From assembly GCA_044356455.1 (NCBI GenBank), contig JBIKWF010000032.1, positions 1 to 41,185 on the forward strand: a stretch of 41,185 bases of DNA, written 5' to 3'. Source of the DNA: Bdellovibrionota bacterium. GTDB taxonomy: Bacteria > Bdellovibrionota_C > UBA2361 > JBGSMV01. The notes beneath the pieces are model-generated. The model was not told where the DNA came from. It did no database searches and saw only the letters and a list, made by a program, of their open reading frames with translations. Both the position numbers and the translations under genes were made by a program. Within the stretch, counting starts at the first letter, position 1, and each line of letters opens with the position of its first letter. Of the stretch, positions 38,513 to 41,185 are shown in pieces.

Positions 38513-39421
38513 ATGGCGACAAAAATTCTCGATGGCAAATGGCTTTCTCAGCGCTTCCAAGAAGAAATCAAACTTCGTGTTCAGCAGCTTCTTAAGACTC
38601 ACGGCCGCGCTCCGGGACTCGGGGTTATACTGGTGGGAGATAACCCAGCCTCTCAGGCCTACGTAGGGAACAAAGAGAAAATAGCGGCCCACTGTGGCCT
38701 CGCGACTTTTGACAGGAGGCTTCCTGCCAACGCTTCAGAAGAGGAAGTGAGAGCCGTCATCGATGAGTATAACGCCGACCCGCGAGTCGATGGGATTCTT
38801 CTTCAGCTCCCGCTTCCTAAACATCTTTCCCAGGACATACTCCTCGACAGTATTGACCCGGCTAAGGACGCGGATGGGCTCCATCCCTTGAACCAAGGCC
38901 TACTTGCAAGGGGAAGTGGGGTGCTTAGGCCCTGCACCCCTTTAGGTGCCATGCACCTTCTAGACCTGGCGTATTCTTCGGCCGTAGTAGGAGACCCATC
39001 CTACCTGCCTTCTCAGACCCCTCGAGCCGACCTTTCGGGTAAACGAGTGGTCGTGATTGGGAGATCGATACTTGTCGGGAAGCCGGTCGGTCTCTTAGCT
39101 CTTGAGCGCAATGCAACGGTTGTGTACGCACATTCTAAGACAAAAGATCTTCCCTCAGTAACCCGTGAGGCCGACATCGTCATTGCGGCCGTCGGAGTGC
39201 CCAATCTCGTAAAGGGCGACTGGATTCGCGAGGGAGCGGTAGTAATAGATGTGGGAATCAACCGCCTGCCGACAGGGAAGCTCACGGGTGATGTCGATTT
39301 TGAAAGCGCTGCTCCGCGGTCGATGGCGATAACGCCAGTACCCGGAGGGGTGGGGCCCATGACTGTCGTTATGCTTATTAGTAACACGCTCAAGAGCTTT
39401 GAGAGCCGGATGGTTGCTTAG
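38513..39421 (+). CDS. folD: Bifunctional methylenetetrahydrofolate dehydrogenase/cyclohydrolase
   Basis: MATKILDGK start (38513), GILLQLPLP, KDADGLHP, PCTP, GRSILVGKP, TPVPGGVGPMTV. Confidence 0.98.
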   Translation: MATKILDGKWLSQRFQEEIKLRVQQLLKTHGRAPGLGVILVGDNPASQAYVGNKEKIAAHCGLATFDRRLPANASEEEVRAVIDEYNADPRVDGILLQLPLPKHLSQDILLDSIDPAKDADGLHPLNQGLLARGSGVLRPCTPLGAMHLLDLAYSSAVVGDPSYLPSQTPRADLSGKRVVVIGRSILVGKPVGLLALERNATVVYAHSKTKDLPSVTREADIVIAAVGVPNLVKGDWIREGAVVIDVGINRLPTGKLTGDVDFESAAPRSMAITPVPGGVGPMTVVMLISNTLKSFESRMVA

Positions 39422-39570
39422 GGCAACCACTAAGACCACGAAAGGGATATTTGCCAGAGCTGAGGCTCTTCGGAATTCTCCAGTTACCTCGCTGAAGTTT
39501 TTGACTTTTATCGACCTCCATTTTAGGTTCAGGAGCGTTTAAATTTCCTCACTATTCACCTTTGAGGCGA

Positions 39571-40755
39571 ATGACAACAACGACAAATCCAGCAGTGACA
39601 AATCCAGCAGTGACAAATTCAGCAGCGACAAATTCAGCAGTGCCGAATGCCGTCGGGGCTGATTCACTTTCTCGTACACCACTCTACGACGCCCATCAGT
39701 CCCTGGGGGGGAAGATAGTCCCCTTCGCCGGGTGGGAATTACCAGTTCAATACTCTGGCATTATTCAGGAGCACACGGCCGTAAGAACCAAGGCCGGGCT
39801 TTTTGACGTCAGTCACATGGGCGAAATTTTCGTGACGGGCCCAGAAGCCGAAGCGGCGCTTGATGGCCTCACCTGTAACGCAGTTTCCACACTCGTCGAC
39901 GGCAAAGCTCATTACAGTGCTATTCTCAATGAGAAGGGCGGAGTAGTAGACGACATTATTGTCTATCGTTACTCCCGCGAGCGTTATCTTGTCTGCGTGA
40001 ATGCTTCGAACGCTGACAAGGATTATGCCTGGTTCACCAAACATAATCGCTGGAAGGGCGCCACCTTCGACAACCAAAGTAGCAAATGGGGGCAGATTGC
40101 CTTGCAAGGGCCTCTCGCTCAGAAAATCCTGCTAGCTTTCGGTGGCATGGAGCGCGCCGCTGCGTTGCAGTATTTCCACTTTACTGAAACTGAGCACCAA
40201 GGGTTTCCGATTATCGTGGCGCGCACCGGGTACACAGGGGAGGACGGATTCGAACTATTCGTGCCGACCAAGGAGACGCGTAAAGTTTGGGACCGATTAC
40301 TTGAAGTCGGCAGCCCGCTAGGGCTAATCCCAGCCGGACTTGGAGCGCGGGATTCTCTTCGGCTCGAGGCTTGTTATCCGCTCCATGGCCACGAGCTTGG
40401 CGATGATATTAGCGCACTCGCCTCAGGACTCGGTTGGGTAATTAAGTTTGATAAGGGCGACTTTATTGGTCGCTCGGCCCTTCTTAAAGAGAAAGAGGCA
40501 GGGGTGCGTAAGGCGCTCGTAGGCTTCTATCTCGATGATGCCGGGATTTCGCGCCAAGGCGACAAAGTATTCTACTCTGGAGCTGAGGTAGGCGTCGTAA
40601 CAAGTGGTACAAAAACGCCCACGGTTCAGCGCGCCCTTGGGCTTGCGCTCGTTGATACCAAAGCGGCCCCAGTTGGAAGTCAAATTGAAGTAGAGGTGAG
40701 GGGCCGCCGCCTTAAAGCCTCAGTAGTAAAAAAGCCTTTTTATAAGAGGAGCTAG
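39571..40755 (+). CDS. gcvT: Glycine cleavage system aminomethyltransferase T
   Basis: RTPLY..H, FAGWELPVQY, FDVSHMGE, RTGYTGEDGFE, GLGARDSLRLEA; GAGG before ATG. Confidence 0.98.
   Translation: MTTTTNPAVTNPAVTNSAATNSAVPNAVGADSLSRTPLYDAHQSLGGKIVPFAGWELPVQYSGIIQEHTAVRTKAGLFDVSHMGEIFVTGPEAEAALDGLTCNAVSTLVDGKAHYSAILNEKGGVVDDIIVYRYSRERYLVCVNASNADKDYAWFTKHNRWKGATFDNQSSKWGQIALQGPLAQKILLAFGGMERAAALQYFHFTETEHQGFPIIVARTGYTGEDGFELFVPTKETRKVWDRLLEVGSPLGLIPAGLGARDSLRLEACYPLHGHELGDDISALASGLGWVIKFDKGDFIGRSALLKEKEAGVRKALVGFYLDDAGISRQGDKVFYSGAEVGVVTSGTKTPTVQRALGLALVDTKAAPVGSQIEVEVRGRRLKASVVKKPFYKRS
39582..39641 (+). repeat. 4x 15-bp coding tandem repeat in gcvT N-terminus (TNPAV/TNSAA)
   Basis: GACAAATYCAGCAGY units at 39582, 39597, 39612, 39627. 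Confidence 0.9.
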
Positions 40756-40758
40756 GAG

Positions 40759-41145
40759 ATGGAGATTCCCGCCAATCTTAAATACACCAAAGACCATGAA
40801 TGGGTGCGCGTCGAAGGGGACGTTGCAGTTATGGGAATCACCGAGTTCGCGCAGAGTGAGCTTGGCGACTTAGTTTTTGTTGACGTACCGGCTCCGGGTA
40901 AAGCAGTGAAGCCAGGAGAGACGGTATGTGTCGTTGAGTCAACTAAAGCAGCCTCGGACGTGTACGCGCCAATCTCGGGCAAGGTGAAAGTGTCGAACAC
41001 TTCACTTTCCAGTGCTCCTGAGCTTGTAAACAAGAGTCCGTATACTGACGGCTGGTTGGTGAAGTTGGAAGGTTTTTCTGCGGCTGAAGTAGGGAAGCTC
41101 ATGTCCGCGGACGAATACCGCGCGCATTTGGGTGGGAAGGCGTAA
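40759..41145 (+). CDS. gcvH: Glycine cleavage system H protein
   Basis: YTKDHEWV, GITEFAQSELGD, VESTKAASDVYAP (lipoyl Lys), N.SPY.DGW. Confidence 0.98.
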   Translation: MEIPANLKYTKDHEWVRVEGDVAVMGITEFAQSELGDLVFVDVPAPGKAVKPGETVCVVESTKAASDVYAPISGKVKVSNTSLSSAPELVNKSPYTDGWLVKLEGFSAAEVGKLMSADEYRAHLGGKA

Positions 41146-41185
41146 GTCACCATAGGCTGAGCAGGGGAGGGATTGCCGAGCTCTC

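Noticed and set aside
39422..39570. Glycine riboswitch upstream of gcvT
   Set aside because: Conserved aptamer motifs (GGAGA..CCGAAG..CTYTCAGG) not found and spacer is short

Overview
Bacterial chromosomal window (genetic code 11, moderately GC-rich; gene content is compatible with a deltaproteobacterial/Bdellovibrionota-like lineage, which is inference only). Mostly housekeeping: gpmI, a LapA/TPR protein, rsfS, alaS, obgE-rpmA-rplU, an orphan OmpR-family regulator, a small zinc-finger anti-sigma-like protein, polA, an ECF sigma/anti-sigma cluster, RNase II-family gene, pyrF, aminopeptidase, TolB-like propeller, pgpA, minCDE, ald, folD, gcvT, gcvH. Accessory content: (i) the 3' part of a Y1/HUH (RAYT-like) transposase with two 20-bp hairpin repeats at the left edge; (ii) an Rhs toxin locus (18.7-23.8 kb) of 1500 codons interrupted by one in-frame TGA at a Gly position, with a signal peptide, a short basic C-terminal toxin-like domain and an overlapping SEL1-repeat putative immunity gene, preceded by a decayed acyl-CoA dehydrogenase remnant absent from the ORF track; (iii) a ~300-nt almost fully base-paired intergenic element with GTAG REP-like units and a dispersed ACCAC-N3-G repeat family; (iv) an ATP-grasp ligase fused to a degenerate SET-like domain; (v) many short tandem duplications, often with 15-nt period. 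No rRNA, tRNA or CRISPR array was recognised.
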